DNA of 64,000 bases from an uncultured Chloroflexia bacterium (GCA_963735055.1 CAVTJN010000022.1:2703-66702), one strand, 5' to 3'; numbered from the stretch's first letter, positions 40,551-51,447 are shown. Program-made: numbers and translations. Notes: generated by a model from the sequence alone, not told the origin.

Positions 40551-41819
40551 TTGAAAGTACTGGTCGTTGGCAGCGGCGCTCGAGAACACACACTGGTCTG
40601 GAAGCTGGCCCAGAGCAAGCGGGTCCAGGAGATCTACGTCGCCCCGGGCAACGCCGGTACGGCGGCAATCGGCATCAACCTGAGCATACCGGTGATGGAT
40701 TTCGAGGCGATGGGGAAGGCAGTCACTGAAAAACGCATTGACCTCGTCGTCGTCGGCCCCGACGACCCCCTCGGCGCCGGAATCGTCGACCACTTCCAGA
40801 AAGCGGGCATCCCCGCCTTCGGCCCCAACCGGAAGGCAGCCCAACTGGAATCCAGCAAGGTATTCGCCAAGGACCTGATGCACAAGTACGGTATTCCCTG
40901 CGCCCGGAGCGTCAGTTTCAGCGATTTCGCGGCGGCCCGGGAATACGTAACGACAAAGCGGACGCCGGTGTGGATCAAGACCGACGGGCTGGCCGCGGGA
41001 AAAGGGGCGGTCTTTGCCGACACCGTCCCCCGGGCAGTTGAGATACTATCTTCGATGATGGAGGCCAGGATATTCGGGGCTTCCGGAGAGAAAGTGGTGG
41101 TCGAAGATGTACTGGTGGGCCGGGAAATGAGCGCCTTCATCATCACGGACGGCCGGGCAATCGCCCCGGTAGTGCCGGCCTGCGACTACAAACGGGTATT
41201 CGACGGAAACCGGGGGCCGAACACCGGGGGCATGGGCAGCTATTCACCACCCTCCTTTGTCACGCCGGCCCTGGAGAAGCGGGTTATGTCGGTGGTCATG
41301 GAGCCGGTGGTAAGAGCCATGGAACAGGAAGGGCGGCGGTACCAGGGAGTGATCTACGGCGGGCTGATGATCGATAACGGCGAACCGAGTGTCATCGAGT
41401 TCAACTCGAGATTCGGTGACCCGGAATGCCAGGTCATCTTGCCGCGGCTCCATTCCGACCTCATCGACCTTGTCCTCGGAACGGTGCACGGCACTCTGAA
41501 GTCGACGGTGCCGACGTGGTCCGATGAAGCCTGCGTCGGGGTGGCGCTGGCCTCGGGAGGGTATCCCGAGAAGTACGACACGGGATTCCCGATCAGCGGC
41601 TTGGGGGACGTTGACAAAGACATCCTCGTCTTTCACGCCGGGACCAGGGCAGGCGCCGGGGCGGGGGAGATCCTGACCAATGGGGGCCGCGTCCTCACTG
41701 TGGTGGCGCGAGCGAAGACGCTCAAAGAGGCCCGGGAAAGGGTTTATGACAATGTCCCCAGGATTCATTTCAACGGGTGCCATTACCGGACGGACATCGC
41801 ACTGGTCAAAGACGAATAG
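40551..41819 (+). CDS. purD: phosphoribosylamine--glycine ligase
   Basis: MKVLVVGSGAREHTLVWKLAQS, an ATP-grasp core, EFNSRFGDPE. TTG start with a GGAGGA Shine-Dalgarno sequence. Confidence 0.9.
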   Translation: MKVLVVGSGAREHTLVWKLAQSKRVQEIYVAPGNAGTAAIGINLSIPVMDFEAMGKAVTEKRIDLVVVGPDDPLGAGIVDHFQKAGIPAFGPNRKAAQLESSKVFAKDLMHKYGIPCARSVSFSDFAAAREYVTTKRTPVWIKTDGLAAGKGAVFADTVPRAVEILSSMMEARIFGASGEKVVVEDVLVGREMSAFIITDGRAIAPVVPACDYKRVFDGNRGPNTGGMGSYSPPSFVTPALEKRVMSVVMEPVVRAMEQEGRRYQGVIYGGLMIDNGEPSVIEFNSRFGDPECQVILPRLHSDLIDLVLGTVHGTLKSTVPTWSDEACVGVALASGGYPEKYDTGFPISGLGDVDKDILVFHAGTRAGAGAGEILTNGGRVLTVVARAKTLKEARERVYDNVPRIHFNGCHYRTDIALVKDE

Positions 41820-41979
41820 CCAGTCGCCCCGGATTGGCCGAATCGTGCAAGAAGCTGTCACTAACGACCCATTGCTGGTAAAATGGCAGTGTGCGCGTGA
41901 GCATCGGTAGCCACGTTCAAGGAAGGTCACCTCGCCCCGGCGACAGCAGCGGCCGGACTCGCGGTGAAGAGGTAGGAAG

Positions 41980-42444
41980 ATGGCACTAGTCGGTGTAGTC
42001 ATGGGCTCCAAGTCCGATGCCGAAGCGGTCCAGCCTGGTTTGGCTGTGCTCAAAGAGCTTGGCATTGAGTACGAAGTCAACGTTATATCGGCCCACCGCA
42101 CCCCGGACAAGGCGAGGGACTACGGGATGTCGGCCCGCACCCGGGGTCTTGAGGTCATCATTGCCGCCGCCGGCGGGGCCGCGCATCTGCCCGGCGTGCT
42201 GGCGAGCTGGACAACCCTGCCGGTCATCGGCGTGCCATTGCCCGGCACCGATCTCAATGGAGTTGACGCCCTCTACGCCATGGTACAAATGCCGGCGGGA
42301 ATTCCGGTGGCCACGGTAGCGATCGGCGCGGCCGGCGTGAGGAACGCCGCCTATTTGTCGGCCGAGATCCTCGGGCTGCGCCATGAGCCCATACGTCAAG
42401 CCTACGACAAGTACCGGGCAAGCCTTCGAGGAGAGAGCAAATGA
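41980..42444 (+). CDS. purE: 5-(carboxyamino)imidazole ribonucleotide mutase
   Basis: VGVVMGSKSD, SAHRTP, AAGGAAHLPGV. Confidence 0.9.
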   Translation: MALVGVVMGSKSDAEAVQPGLAVLKELGIEYEVNVISAHRTPDKARDYGMSARTRGLEVIIAAAGGAAHLPGVLASWTTLPVIGVPLPGTDLNGVDALYAMVQMPAGIPVATVAIGAAGVRNAAYLSAEILGLRHEPIRQAYDKYRASLRGESK

Positions 42445-43736
42445 TCGAGCGTTACTCCCGCCCGCGCATGAAGCGGGTGTGGTCCGACGAGAACAAATTC
42501 GATAAGTGGCTGCAGGTCGAGATCGCGGCCTGTGAGGCATGGGCGGACCTTGGTGTCGTGCCCCAATCTGCCATGCCGGCCATTCGCAAAGCCCGCGTCG
42601 ACCTGAAGCGGATGAACGAGATCCTCAAAGAGACTCACCACGACATGACCGCCTTCCTGAGGGCGGTGGCGGAGGGGTTGGGCGAGGAATCACGGTTCAT
42701 GCACTTTGGAATGACTTCTTCAGACGTTATGGACACCGCGCTCAGCCTGCAGATGGTCGAGGCCGCGGACCTGCTTACCGAAGATATGCATGACCTCATC
42801 AAGGTGTTGTCTGATATGGCTGTCAAACACAAACTGACGCCGATGATCGGACGAACGCACGGCGTGCATGCCGAGCCCATTTCCTTCGGCCTGAAGCTGG
42901 CCATCTGGGTCGAAGAGATGAAGCGCAACGTGAAACGCCTGGAGGATGCCCGCGGCGTGATCGCCGTCGGCAAGATCTCGGGGGCCGTGGGAACATATGC
43001 CACGCTGTCTCCCGAGCTCGAAGTGAAAGCCTGTGCCCGCCTCGGTCTTACCCCGGCACCGGTGTCCAGTCAGGTCCTCCAGCGGGACCGGCACGCCCAG
43101 TTCATGATGACACTGGCCATCGCCGCCAGTTCGCTGGAGAAGTTCGCCACCGAAGTCCGCGGGCTGCAGCGCACCGAGACCCGCGAGATGGAAGAACCTT
43201 TTTCTGCAGGGCAGACCGGCTCGTCGGCCATGCCCCATAAGCGCAATCCGGAACTGTGCGAAAGAGTGTGCGGCCTTGCCCGCCTGGTGCGCGGCTACGC
43301 GGTGACCGCGATGGAGAACATCACCCTCTGGCACGAGCGTGACATCAGCCATTCTTCGACCGAGCGGATTATTCTGCCCGACGGCTGCCTGGTGCTCGAC
43401 TACTCGCTATCGGTGTTCACCTCGGTCATGAAGGGCCTGATCGTCTACCCCGGGAAGATGAAGGAGAATATCGAAATCACCCACGGGCTGGTGTTTTCCC
43501 AGCGCGTGATGCTGGCGCTAATCGATAAGGGCCTGAGCCGTCAGGCAGCGTACGAAACGGTCCAGCGTCATGCGATGAAGTCCTGGGCCAACGGTGAGGA
43601 TTTCCTGGGCCTTCTCAAAGCTGACGGTGAAGTCACGTCGGTCTTGCCTGCCGCAGAACTCGCAAAGCTGTTTGACTATGGCTACTATCTGAGACACGTC
43701 GACGAGATTTTCCGGCGTCTCGGTTTGGATAGATAG
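42441..43736 (+). CDS. purB: adenylosuccinate lyase
   Basis: MIERYSRPRM, GQTGSSAMPHKRNP (signature loop). Its start overlaps the purE stop by 4 nt. Confidence 0.9.
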   Translation: MIERYSRPRMKRVWSDENKFDKWLQVEIAACEAWADLGVVPQSAMPAIRKARVDLKRMNEILKETHHDMTAFLRAVAEGLGEESRFMHFGMTSSDVMDTALSLQMVEAADLLTEDMHDLIKVLSDMAVKHKLTPMIGRTHGVHAEPISFGLKLAIWVEEMKRNVKRLEDARGVIAVGKISGAVGTYATLSPELEVKACARLGLTPAPVSSQVLQRDRHAQFMMTLAIAASSLEKFATEVRGLQRTETREMEEPFSAGQTGSSAMPHKRNPELCERVCGLARLVRGYAVTAMENITLWHERDISHSSTERIILPDGCLVLDYSLSVFTSVMKGLIVYPGKMKENIEITHGLVFSQRVMLALIDKGLSRQAAYETVQRHAMKSWANGEDFLGLLKADGEVTSVLPAAELAKLFDYGYYLRHVDEIFRRLGLDR

Positions 43737-43771
43737 AGACGCAGGCAGCCCGGTTTTCCGGAAGTGGCGCG

Positions 43772-44524
43772 ATGCAGTTGTTTCTTCGCAACGAAGGCAT
43801 AATCAAGGAAAACATTGTTCAGGTCGTTCCGGGCTTCTACCAGATGACCTTTCACGCGTCCAACGTATTCGTGATTGATGAGGAAAGTATGACGCTCATC
43901 GACACCGGGTTCCCGGCCACAGTGCCCCGGATCGTCGAGTTCGTCACAAGCCTGCACCGCAAGCCGGGGGATATCAAACTCATTGTGCTCACGCACTGTC
44001 ACCCGGACCACGCCGGCGGGCTGCGGGAGCTTAAGAGGCTGACGGGCGCGCGCGTCGCCTGCCACCGGGCCGACATCAGTGGCGCCGGCGGGCCGCTCCC
44101 CTATCCGCGGGCAGTGCAGAAGACGCTGGAGCTTCGTCCCCTGGCAGGGCTGCGCTCCCGGCTGGGAATTACGGCATCGGAGATCGATATGCAGCTCGGC
44201 GGCGGGGAGACACTCGAACCACTCGGGGGTTTGAAAGTGATTCACACCCCGGGGCACACCCCGGGTAGCATCTGCTTGCTCTCCCCGAAGCACCGGCTGC
44301 TGATCGCCGGCGATACCCTGGTGAGACACGGGAATACCATCGTCGCGGCAAGGAAGCCGGTGAGCGTCGACGCTGCTCAGGCGAGTCAATCGGTGAAGAT
44401 CCTGGCGGACGAAGACTTCAACACGGTTTGCTTCGGCCACCATCTGCCAATTGCCGAAAATGCCAAAGACAGGCTGCGCGATCTGATCGCCAGTCTTGGC
44501 AGAGTCAAGAGCAACCGGGAATAA
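43772..44524 (+). CDS. MBL-fold metallo-hydrolase
   Basis: VLTHCHPDHAGG and the later HTPGHTPGS. Confidence 0.8.
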   Translation: MQLFLRNEGIIKENIVQVVPGFYQMTFHASNVFVIDEESMTLIDTGFPATVPRIVEFVTSLHRKPGDIKLIVLTHCHPDHAGGLRELKRLTGARVACHRADISGAGGPLPYPRAVQKTLELRPLAGLRSRLGITASEIDMQLGGGETLEPLGGLKVIHTPGHTPGSICLLSPKHRLLIAGDTLVRHGNTIVAARKPVSVDAAQASQSVKILADEDFNTVCFGHHLPIAENAKDRLRDLIASLGRVKSNRE

Positions 44525-44528
44525 CGAG

Positions 44529-45089
44529 ATGTGTCCGATGCGAGTCATTTCAGGTACGGCCAAGGGGCGGCACCTCAAGGCCCCGGGACGCCCCACCCGA
44601 CCAGCCACCGACCTCGTGCGGGGGGCGATCTTCTCGATTCTCGAGAACATGACCGATGACTGGGACCGCGTCCTTGACCTCTTTTCGGGCAGTGGGGCGC
44701 TCGGCATCGAGGCCTTGAGCCGGGGGGCGGGGTCAGTGGATTTCGTCGAGCGTGCGCCGCAGTGCTGTGATATAATCAAGGAAAATCTGGAAAAGACAGG
44801 GCTCGCCTCCGGCGCTCACGTCTACTGCACCACCGTCGGCAAGGCCCTCTCTTTTTTTGACAAGGAGTACGGAATTATTCTGGTGGATCCACCCTATTCC
44901 GATCCTGCGATCGGCGAGGTTGTGGAGCAGCTGGCCGGGTCTTCCCTGGTTGGGCCGGATACCACCGTTGTCGTCACTCACTCTTCCCGCCTGCCCCTGG
45001 CATCCACTTACGGCGGGCTTCGCATGGTCAAGGAGCATCGTCATGGCGACAGTTCCATCGCAATATACCGAAAGGAGAGCAGGGCATGA
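44529..45089 (+). CDS. rsmD: 16S rRNA (guanine966-N2)-methyltransferase
   Basis: RVISGTAKGRHLK, RPATDLVRGAIFSIL, DLFSGSGALGIEALSRGA, DPPY. The start is at 44529 or 44538. Confidence 0.8.
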   Translation: MCPMRVISGTAKGRHLKAPGRPTRPATDLVRGAIFSILENMTDDWDRVLDLFSGSGALGIEALSRGAGSVDFVERAPQCCDIIKENLEKTGLASGAHVYCTTVGKALSFFDKEYGIILVDPPYSDPAIGEVVEQLAGSSLVGPDTTVVVTHSSRLPLASTYGGLRMVKEHRHGDSSIAIYRKESRA

Positions 45090-45571
45090 CCATAGCAGTC
45101 TACCCGGGCAGCTTTGACCCCATCACCAACGGGCATCTGGACATCGCCGCCAGGGCTTCCAGGCTTTTCGAACAGTTGATCATTGGCGTCTATGACACAC
45201 CCGCCAAGAACCTTATGTTCAACACCCAGGAGCGGGAAGAGCTGGTCCGGCTGTCGATCGCCCATCTGCCGAATGTGCAGGTGAGGCCTTTTACGGGGCT
45301 GACGGTCGACTTCGCACGCCAGATGGGGGCGCGGGCGATGGTGCGCGGCCTCAGGGCACTCACCGATTTCGAGAATGAATTCCAGATGGCGATCATGAAC
45401 AAGAAACTGGCGCCCGACTGTGAAGTGGTGTGCTTGATGAGCAATCTCAAGTACCAGTTCCTCAGTGCCAGTCTGCTCAAAGAGGTAGCCAATTTGGGCG
45501 GTGACATTGAAGACCTGGTGCCCAAACCGGTCGCGGCCGCCTTGAAACGGAGAATTCCCACCAGGCTCTAA
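45086..45571 (+). CDS. coaD: pantetheine-phosphate adenylyltransferase
   Basis: AVYPGSFDPITNGHLDI, SASLLKEV. Confidence 0.9.
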   Translation: MTIAVYPGSFDPITNGHLDIAARASRLFEQLIIGVYDTPAKNLMFNTQEREELVRLSIAHLPNVQVRPFTGLTVDFARQMGARAMVRGLRALTDFENEFQMAIMNKKLAPDCEVVCLMSNLKYQFLSASLLKEVANLGGDIEDLVPKPVAAALKRRIPTRL

Positions 45572-45608
45572 GTCTCTGGCCAGCAATAAACAACTAGGAG
45601 GAAGTTAC

Positions 45609-45869
45609 ATGGCATTCAAGATCACCGAGGATTGCATTAGCTGTGGCGCTTGTGAGCCCGAATGCCCCAATCAGGCAATCAAGGAAGGGGACACCATATA
45701 CGTGATTGACCCCGCCCGTTGTACTGAGTGCATCGGTTCTCATCCGGCGTCCCGTTGCGTCGAGGTCTGCCCGGTGGACGCCCCAAAGCTTGACCCCGCC
45801 CATAAGGAGAGCCGTGACCAGCTCTTGGCAAAATGGAAGGCCCTCCACCCCGGACAAACGCCGAAGTAA
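45609..45869 (+). CDS. 2x[4Fe-4S] ferredoxin (YfhL-like)
   Basis: CISCGACEPECP and CTEC...CVEVCP. Confidence 0.85.
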   Translation: MAFKITEDCISCGACEPECPNQAIKEGDTIYVIDPARCTECIGSHPASRCVEVCPVDAPKLDPAHKESRDQLLAKWKALHPGQTPK

Positions 45870-45887
45870 CCGGGAGGGACCATGTCA

Positions 45888-45918
45888 CGGGCTGAGCTTG
45901 GAGTCCAAGCTTAGCCCG
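45888..45918. terminator. bidirectional stem-loop between convergent genes
   Basis: A 14-bp stem, CGGGCTGAGCTTGG / CCAAGCTTAGCCCG (one G-U pair), with a 3-nt loop, followed by TTGCCGTTT. Confidence 0.55.
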
Positions 45919-45948
45919 TTGCCGTTTGGAGCCGCGTCCCGAACGCGA

Positions 45949-47199
45949 TCATCCGTAGTGCAATGCGTCGATCGGATTCAGTCTGGCCGCCCGCATGGCC
46001 GGGTAGATCCCCGAAGCAAGACCGATGAACAGGGACACGGATACCGCCAAGACTACGATGTCCGGTGAGACCACGGCTTGTATCTTAATGCCCGAGAACT
46101 GCAGATGGGACACGGCGAAGGCAATCGCCCAACCCCCCAGGATGCCGATGCCGCCGCCGGCGAGGCTCAACACGGCGGCTTCGATCAGAAATTGACTCAG
46201 GATATCCCGCCGCTTTGCCCCTACCGCCTTACGGATGCCGATCTCCCGCGTTCGCTCGGTCACGGACACGAGCATGATGTTCATGATGCCAATCCCCCCG
46301 ACGAGCAGCGAGATTCCGGCAATCGCGCTCAGAAAGATGGTGAACACGCCGGTCACCTGGCTGAAAATGTCCAATACCTGCTCCTGACTCACCACGGCGA
46401 AATCCGCCTTCTGGTCGTCGCCAATCCGGTGCCGGCGGCGCAGAACGGCATCGATTTCGTCGGTAACATCGCTGATCGTTTCCGAACTCGCCGCCTTCAC
46501 CGAGATTGACTGTACCGCGTCTTGCCCCGCCGGCGTGCGATTGGTGAACAGCCGCGTCTGAAAGGTGGTGATGGGCGTGACCACCACGTCGTCGAGACTC
46601 ATGCCCATCATCGCCCCGCCCTTGGCCTGCAGCACTCCGATGACGGTGAACCTGATGCCCTTGAGCTTCACGTTCTGACCCAGGGGATCTCTGGGTCCAA
46701 AAAGGTCCCGGGCGACCTCACTACCAAGGACGATAACCGAGTCGCGGGACGCCACATGCCGGTCGGACAGGAATTGGCCCGACTGGATACTGTAGTTGTA
46801 GGCGAGCAGGTATTCAGGGGTGGCCCCGTGGATCACCGCTCTCTTAGTATCACCCCCGTAGCTGACCTCAACAAAATTCTCGTTGACCGGGGCCACGGCA
46901 ACCACCGAGGGGATACGCTCGAGCGCGGTTGCGTCATCCAGGGTTAGCGAGGCGGTGGCATACCCCGGAGCAAGCGCCGCCATCCCAGAGGTCTCAGACG
47001 AACTCGGCATGACGTACAGGACGTTGGTTCCAAGTTGTTCAAAAGTGGACGCTACTGTAGCCTGGGCGCCCCTCCCCAGCGACATCAGGGATATCACCGC
47101 CCCGACGCCGATGATAATGCCGAGCATGGTCAACGCCGAGCGCATCTTGTTTGAGAGCAGGGACCGTACGGCGATGATGAGGGCCTCGATCAGTTTCAT
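45949..47199 (-). CDS. MacB-type ABC transporter permease
   Basis: N-terminal TM helix, a large periplasmic domain, and a C-terminal FtsX domain (ERTREIGIRKAVGAKRRDILSQFLIEA). Confidence 0.85.
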   Translation of the reverse strand: MKLIEALIIAVRSLLSNKMRSALTMLGIIIGVGAVISLMSLGRGAQATVASTFEQLGTNVLYVMPSSSETSGMAALAPGYATASLTLDDATALERIPSVVAVAPVNENFVEVSYGGDTKRAVIHGATPEYLLAYNYSIQSGQFLSDRHVASRDSVIVLGSEVARDLFGPRDPLGQNVKLKGIRFTVIGVLQAKGGAMMGMSLDDVVVTPITTFQTRLFTNRTPAGQDAVQSISVKAASSETISDVTDEIDAVLRRRHRIGDDQKADFAVVSQEQVLDIFSQVTGVFTIFLSAIAGISLLVGGIGIMNIMLVSVTERTREIGIRKAVGAKRRDILSQFLIEAAVLSLAGGGIGILGGWAIAFAVSHLQFSGIKIQAVVSPDIVVLAVSVSLFIGLASGIYPAMRAARLNPIDALHYG

Positions 47200-47873
47200 T
47201 GATTGTTGGTCCGTTCGTCGCTGACGATGAGGCCATCCTTAAGTCGGATGATTCGCGGCGTATGCGCCGCGATGTCCATCTCGTGTGTCACCACGACTAT
47301 CGTAATACCGTCGGCGTTCAGTTCGCGAAACAGATTCACGATACCCTCGGCCGAGGCCGTATCGAGATTACCGGTGGGCTCGTCGGCCAGGATGAGCGAA
47401 GGATTGTTGATAAGAGCGCGGGCGATGGCCACGCGCTGTTGCTCGCCTCCTGAAAGTTCGGTGGGTTTGTGGTCCGCCCGTTCACCAAGCCCCACTCTCT
47501 GAAGGGCTTCCAGCGCTCGCCGCCGCTTCTGCATACTGCCGCGATACACAAGCGGCAGTTCGACATTTGACGCGGCATTGGCCCGTCTCAATAGATTGAA
47601 GTCCTGGAACACGAACCCGAGCTTGCGGTTCCGCAATTCGGCCAGACGGTTGTCGTTCAGCCGGCTGACGTCCTCATCCTCGAACGTGTACCTGCCGGAA
47701 GTGGGGTTGTCGAGGCAGCCAATGATATTCATCAGGGTTGACTTGCCCGAACCGGAGGCGCCGATGATGGATACCAGTTCGCCGCGCTCGATGCTGAGGC
47801 TGACGCCGCGGAGTGCTTTGACCTCCACCCGGCCCATGCGATAAGTCTTGGCCACGTTTTCAAGCTGAATCAT
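47196..47873 (-). CDS. ABC transporter ATP-binding protein (MacB/LolD-like)
   Basis: GASGSGKST, LSGGEQQRVAIARAL, LILADEPTGNLD. Confidence 0.9.
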   Translation of the reverse strand: MIQLENVAKTYRMGRVEVKALRGVSLSIERGELVSIIGASGSGKSTLMNIIGCLDNPTSGRYTFEDEDVSRLNDNRLAELRNRKLGFVFQDFNLLRRANAASNVELPLVYRGSMQKRRRALEALQRVGLGERADHKPTELSGGEQQRVAIARALINNPSLILADEPTGNLDTASAEGIVNLFRELNADGITIVVVTHEMDIAAHTPRIIRLKDGLIVSDERTNNQ

Positions 47874-47883
47874 GGCGCTTCGG

Positions 47884-49161
47884 TTAGAACAGCCCCGGCG
47901 CCGACTGGTTTGACCTCTCTACCACCACCGTTTCCCCCTCTTCAAGCCCGCCCGTAATCTCGGTGAGAATGCCGTCGCTGATGCCGGTCGTCACAGCTTT
48001 TTCCCTGGTCTGGCCGTTCGAGATGACGGTGACCACATCCTCGCCCCCCGCGTTCTTTCGGATGGCACGGTCGGGAACGAGCAGGACGCTCTTTCGTTCC
48101 GCGACGGAGATGTCGGCCGAGGCACTCATGCCCGCCCGCAGACCGGCGTTCTCCGGCACTTCGAATACAACTAGCGTGTCATAAGTCACGACCCCACTCT
48201 GCAGAGACGGCAGCACATCTATGGAATCAACCGTGCCCTCGATTCTCTGACCCGGTGCCGCATCCACCTCGATGCTCGCTTTTTGACCGGCTCGAACCTG
48301 GGTAACGTCAATCTCATCCACCTGGATTTCGAGACGCATTCGGGACGGGTCAATGATCTCAGCGACCGCAACCCCGGGGGAGACGGAATCCTTTGCGTTG
48401 ACATTCAAGCGGGCGACAATCCCGTCGAATGGAGCAACCATCGTCGCCTCCTCCAACTGCTTTCTGGCCTGGTCAAGGGTACTCTTCGCCAACTTCGATG
48501 ACTGCTCAGCAAGGTCTTTTGACTGCCGGGCGGCTTCGACCTGAAGACGACGGATGGCCATCTCTTCGGTATCGTAGTTGGTGATCAACGCGTCGAGTTT
48601 GGCCTCCGCCGCCGCCAGCCGGGCCTGGGCATAAATCAGCGCCGTCGCCCATGTCTGCTGCTGGGCGGGAGATGCTGCGGCCATGTTGGAGACGAGGTAC
48701 TGGACGTACGACTTCGCCTCATCAAGATCGGTCTGGGCGATCTCCACCTCAGAAAAGGTGTGCCGGCCCAGCGCTTCATTCAGGGCCCGTTCGGCTGTCT
48801 TCAGTCCGATATCAGCCTGACTCACCGTGGCCACGGCCTGGGCCAGCGCTACCTCGGCCTGGGCCACCGCCAGCTCCAGAGAATCGGTGGCCAGCGTCGC
48901 AATCCTGTCTCCCTTGATCACCCTCTGGCCTTCGGCAACGTGGATATTGCCGACCCGCCCGGGCATGCCGAAACTCAGTCTCCGGCTATTGATGGCCTCC
49001 AGGTTGCCGCTGCCGCTGACCGTAACCGTAAGATTACCGCGGGTGACCTTCACGAGTTGCTGGGTGGTGCCGGCGGTCTTCCCACCGAGGGCGTCACAGG
49101 ACAGCGTCCCCACCACCGTGAAACAGAGGAACAGGAATCCTACCAATCGCCACGCTTTCAA
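47884..49161 (-). CDS. periplasmic adaptor / membrane fusion protein (HlyD/MacA family)
   Basis: Signal/anchor segment, a coiled-coil hairpin, and beta-barrel and lipoyl-like segments. It lies upstream of the MacB-type pair. Confidence 0.8.
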   Translation of the reverse strand: MKAWRLVGFLFLCFTVVGTLSCDALGGKTAGTTQQLVKVTRGNLTVTVSGSGNLEAINSRRLSFGMPGRVGNIHVAEGQRVIKGDRIATLATDSLELAVAQAEVALAQAVATVSQADIGLKTAERALNEALGRHTFSEVEIAQTDLDEAKSYVQYLVSNMAAASPAQQQTWATALIYAQARLAAAEAKLDALITNYDTEEMAIRRLQVEAARQSKDLAEQSSKLAKSTLDQARKQLEEATMVAPFDGIVARLNVNAKDSVSPGVAVAEIIDPSRMRLEIQVDEIDVTQVRAGQKASIEVDAAPGQRIEGTVDSIDVLPSLQSGVVTYDTLVVFEVPENAGLRAGMSASADISVAERKSVLLVPDRAIRKNAGGEDVVTVISNGQTREKAVTTGISDGILTEITGGLEEGETVVVERSNQSAPGLF

Positions 49162-49405
49162 GATGCCTCCTTCCCGCCCCCCCGGAATATTCTACTACAT
49201 CCCACCTGAACTGCACCACGGCTGGGGACTGGGTGGGACTGGTCCAGGGCAGGTAAGACGACCACAAATGTCCGCATCGAGCAGAGCCAAAGAAACGTCC
49301 GTTCCATCCGGCTTTGCGGGACCACTTGTGGTTGTCCTCCCTATCACGGAGACCATCCCGACGCAGTCGGGAGGCGAAGCAATCCGAATCAAGGGTGTGT
49401 GATAG

Positions 49406-50662
49406 TCACCGATCAAGATCGCTTTGGGGTCGCTTGTGCTCTTTGATAAAGATAAAACAGGCCGTGCCCGACAAGGCGGCCAGCGCCCACAGGATAAACG
49501 GCCACGTCTGGTTGGTCTCCGCCAGTCTGCCTCCCACGGCCGGCAACACGAACCCGCCGAAGTTGGCCAGGCCCCCGATCAGGCCGAGAGCGGTGCCGGC
49601 ATAGGCGTAGCCTATTTCCTTGATCTGTACTGCATGGGAGATCACCAGGGCGCCGATGCCCTGTGTCAGGCATCCTGCCAGCGGTATCAATACCCAAAAG
49701 AGCGCCGGGTCAGCCACCGCCAGCAGCAGAATGGTGGCCGACGTGGTCACCGCACTGGCAATCATGACCGCCTTACCGGCCCCAATCCGGTCGGCCAGCG
49801 CCGGAATAACGATGGCGCCCGCGATACTGGCCACAAACAGGGTGGACGCCATCGTATCGCCAACCCCTTTGTCGAGTCCGATCTTCTCCAGGTAGACCGG
49901 CAAGTAGCCGTTCAGGGAGATGAAACTACCCACGACGCCCAGGTTCCCCAGCGACAACAGCCACACGTCGCGGACCCGGAACACAGCTGCCATCGATTCC
50001 CGAAACGAAGGACGTAACCGGGGGACGTTCCCCTCGTCCGGCCGCTTCGGCATGAGGGCGCGTCCCATCACCGCAAACCAGACCACGGCCATGGCGCCGC
50101 ACAGTCCGCTGTAGGCAAAGAGCACGTTCCGCCAGGAACCGACCAGCGGCATGACAACGGTGGCGCTCAGCGCAGTGGTCAACACCCCGCCGACGGCAAA
50201 ACCGGAGATCGAGATTCCGGTGGCCAGTCCGAGCTGGCTCTTGGGAAAGAACACGGCCGCGATCCGCTGCAGGTTGGGGAAGACCAGCGCCACGCTGGCG
50301 CCGCAAAGGAACATGGATGCAGTCAGCGTGGCAAGGTTGGTCGACATGCCCCTCAGTCCGCTCGTGATGGCCACCGCGATGCAGCCGATGCCGATGGCCC
50401 GGGTGAATCCAACCCGGTCTCCCAGCATGCCGCCGGGCAAGGCCACCACCGCCGCCCCGACGGGCAGCATACTCCACAACAGTCCTATTTGGCCCAGGGA
50501 CAGGTTCAGCTCGCCGGCGGCGGCGCTGAACAGCACGGGCATCACCGTCCAGGGCAGGCCGACGACCAGCATGTGGACCAGAGTGACCAGACTAAGGGCG
50601 TGCCACTTGTTGAGGGCGCTCTCCCGCCCCCGCCCGCTTGAACGATTCGTCTTTCCCATCAA
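49406..50662 (-). CDS. MFS transporter
   Basis: About 12 TM helices. GMLGDRVGFTR sits in the loop 2-3 position. Confidence 0.8.
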   Translation of the reverse strand: MMGKTNRSSGRGRESALNKWHALSLVTLVHMLVVGLPWTVMPVLFSAAAGELNLSLGQIGLLWSMLPVGAAVVALPGGMLGDRVGFTRAIGIGCIAVAITSGLRGMSTNLATLTASMFLCGASVALVFPNLQRIAAVFFPKSQLGLATGISISGFAVGGVLTTALSATVVMPLVGSWRNVLFAYSGLCGAMAVVWFAVMGRALMPKRPDEGNVPRLRPSFRESMAAVFRVRDVWLLSLGNLGVVGSFISLNGYLPVYLEKIGLDKGVGDTMASTLFVASIAGAIVIPALADRIGAGKAVMIASAVTTSATILLLAVADPALFWVLIPLAGCLTQGIGALVISHAVQIKEIGYAYAGTALGLIGGLANFGGFVLPAVGGRLAETNQTWPFILWALAALSGTACFIFIKEHKRPQSDLDR

Positions 50663-50763
50663 ATCAAGTCATCCAACGGTTGACCTCGACGGCGGTTCGC
50701 GCTCCGATCCCGGCCCGTCCGGAAGTCATGATTCTCCCCGAGCGTGGAACAGTCAGGGTGAAG

Positions 50764-51447
50764 CTATCGGGATTGCCGACCCAATCGGGGGTAGCCCCGG
50801 TGAGCCTCCAGGACCCGGGCCACTTCGGCGTCGCCCACGTCGTGCCAGTGCCGGTAGTAATCGGCCACCGTAAATCTGGCTCCGGTGCCTTCCGCCAGGG
50901 TGACGACTCGGGCCGCTGGTCTGACTCTTCCCAAGGCAACGGACGAGGCGGCCGGCACTGCCACCACTATCTCGCGGGGCCGCCGCCGCTTGACCGATTC
51001 CACGGCCGCCAGCATCGTGTAGCCCGATGCCAGGCCGTCATCGACGATAATGGCGATCTTTCCCCGCACCATGGAGAGCGGCCGGTCCCTGCGATACAGC
51101 AGGCTGCGCTGGCGGACCTGTTGTGTCACCAGTCCCACCTGCTCGTTGACCTGTTCTTGCGTGACACCCTTACTCCTGACCAGTTCCTCGTTCAAAATGA
51201 TGGAACCATCATCGGCCAGTGCTCCAAAGCCCGACTCCGGGGACAGCGGCAGGGGAAGCTTCCGGACGACGACGACGTCAAGGTCCGCCTCGAGCGCGGT
51301 GGCAATTTCCGAGGCCAGGAGTATGCCGCCGTTAGGTATGGCGAGGACGAGCACGGATTGTCCCTTATAGTCTGTGAGCACCGCCGCCAGTTGTCTGCCG
51401 GCGTCATGCCGGCTTTCAAACATCGGGCTCATTCTGGGAGGATACAA
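50764..51447 (-). CDS. phosphoribosyltransferase-family protein
   Basis: VLAIPNGGILLASEIA and the PRPP loop IAIIVDDGLASGYT. Confidence 0.8.
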   Translation of the reverse strand: MYPPRMSPMFESRHDAGRQLAAVLTDYKGQSVLVLAIPNGGILLASEIATALEADLDVVVVRKLPLPLSPESGFGALADDGSIILNEELVRSKGVTQEQVNEQVGLVTQQVRQRSLLYRRDRPLSMVRGKIAIIVDDGLASGYTMLAAVESVKRRRPREIVVAVPAASSVALGRVRPAARVVTLAEGTGARFTVADYYRHWHDVGDAEVARVLEAHRGYPRLGRQSR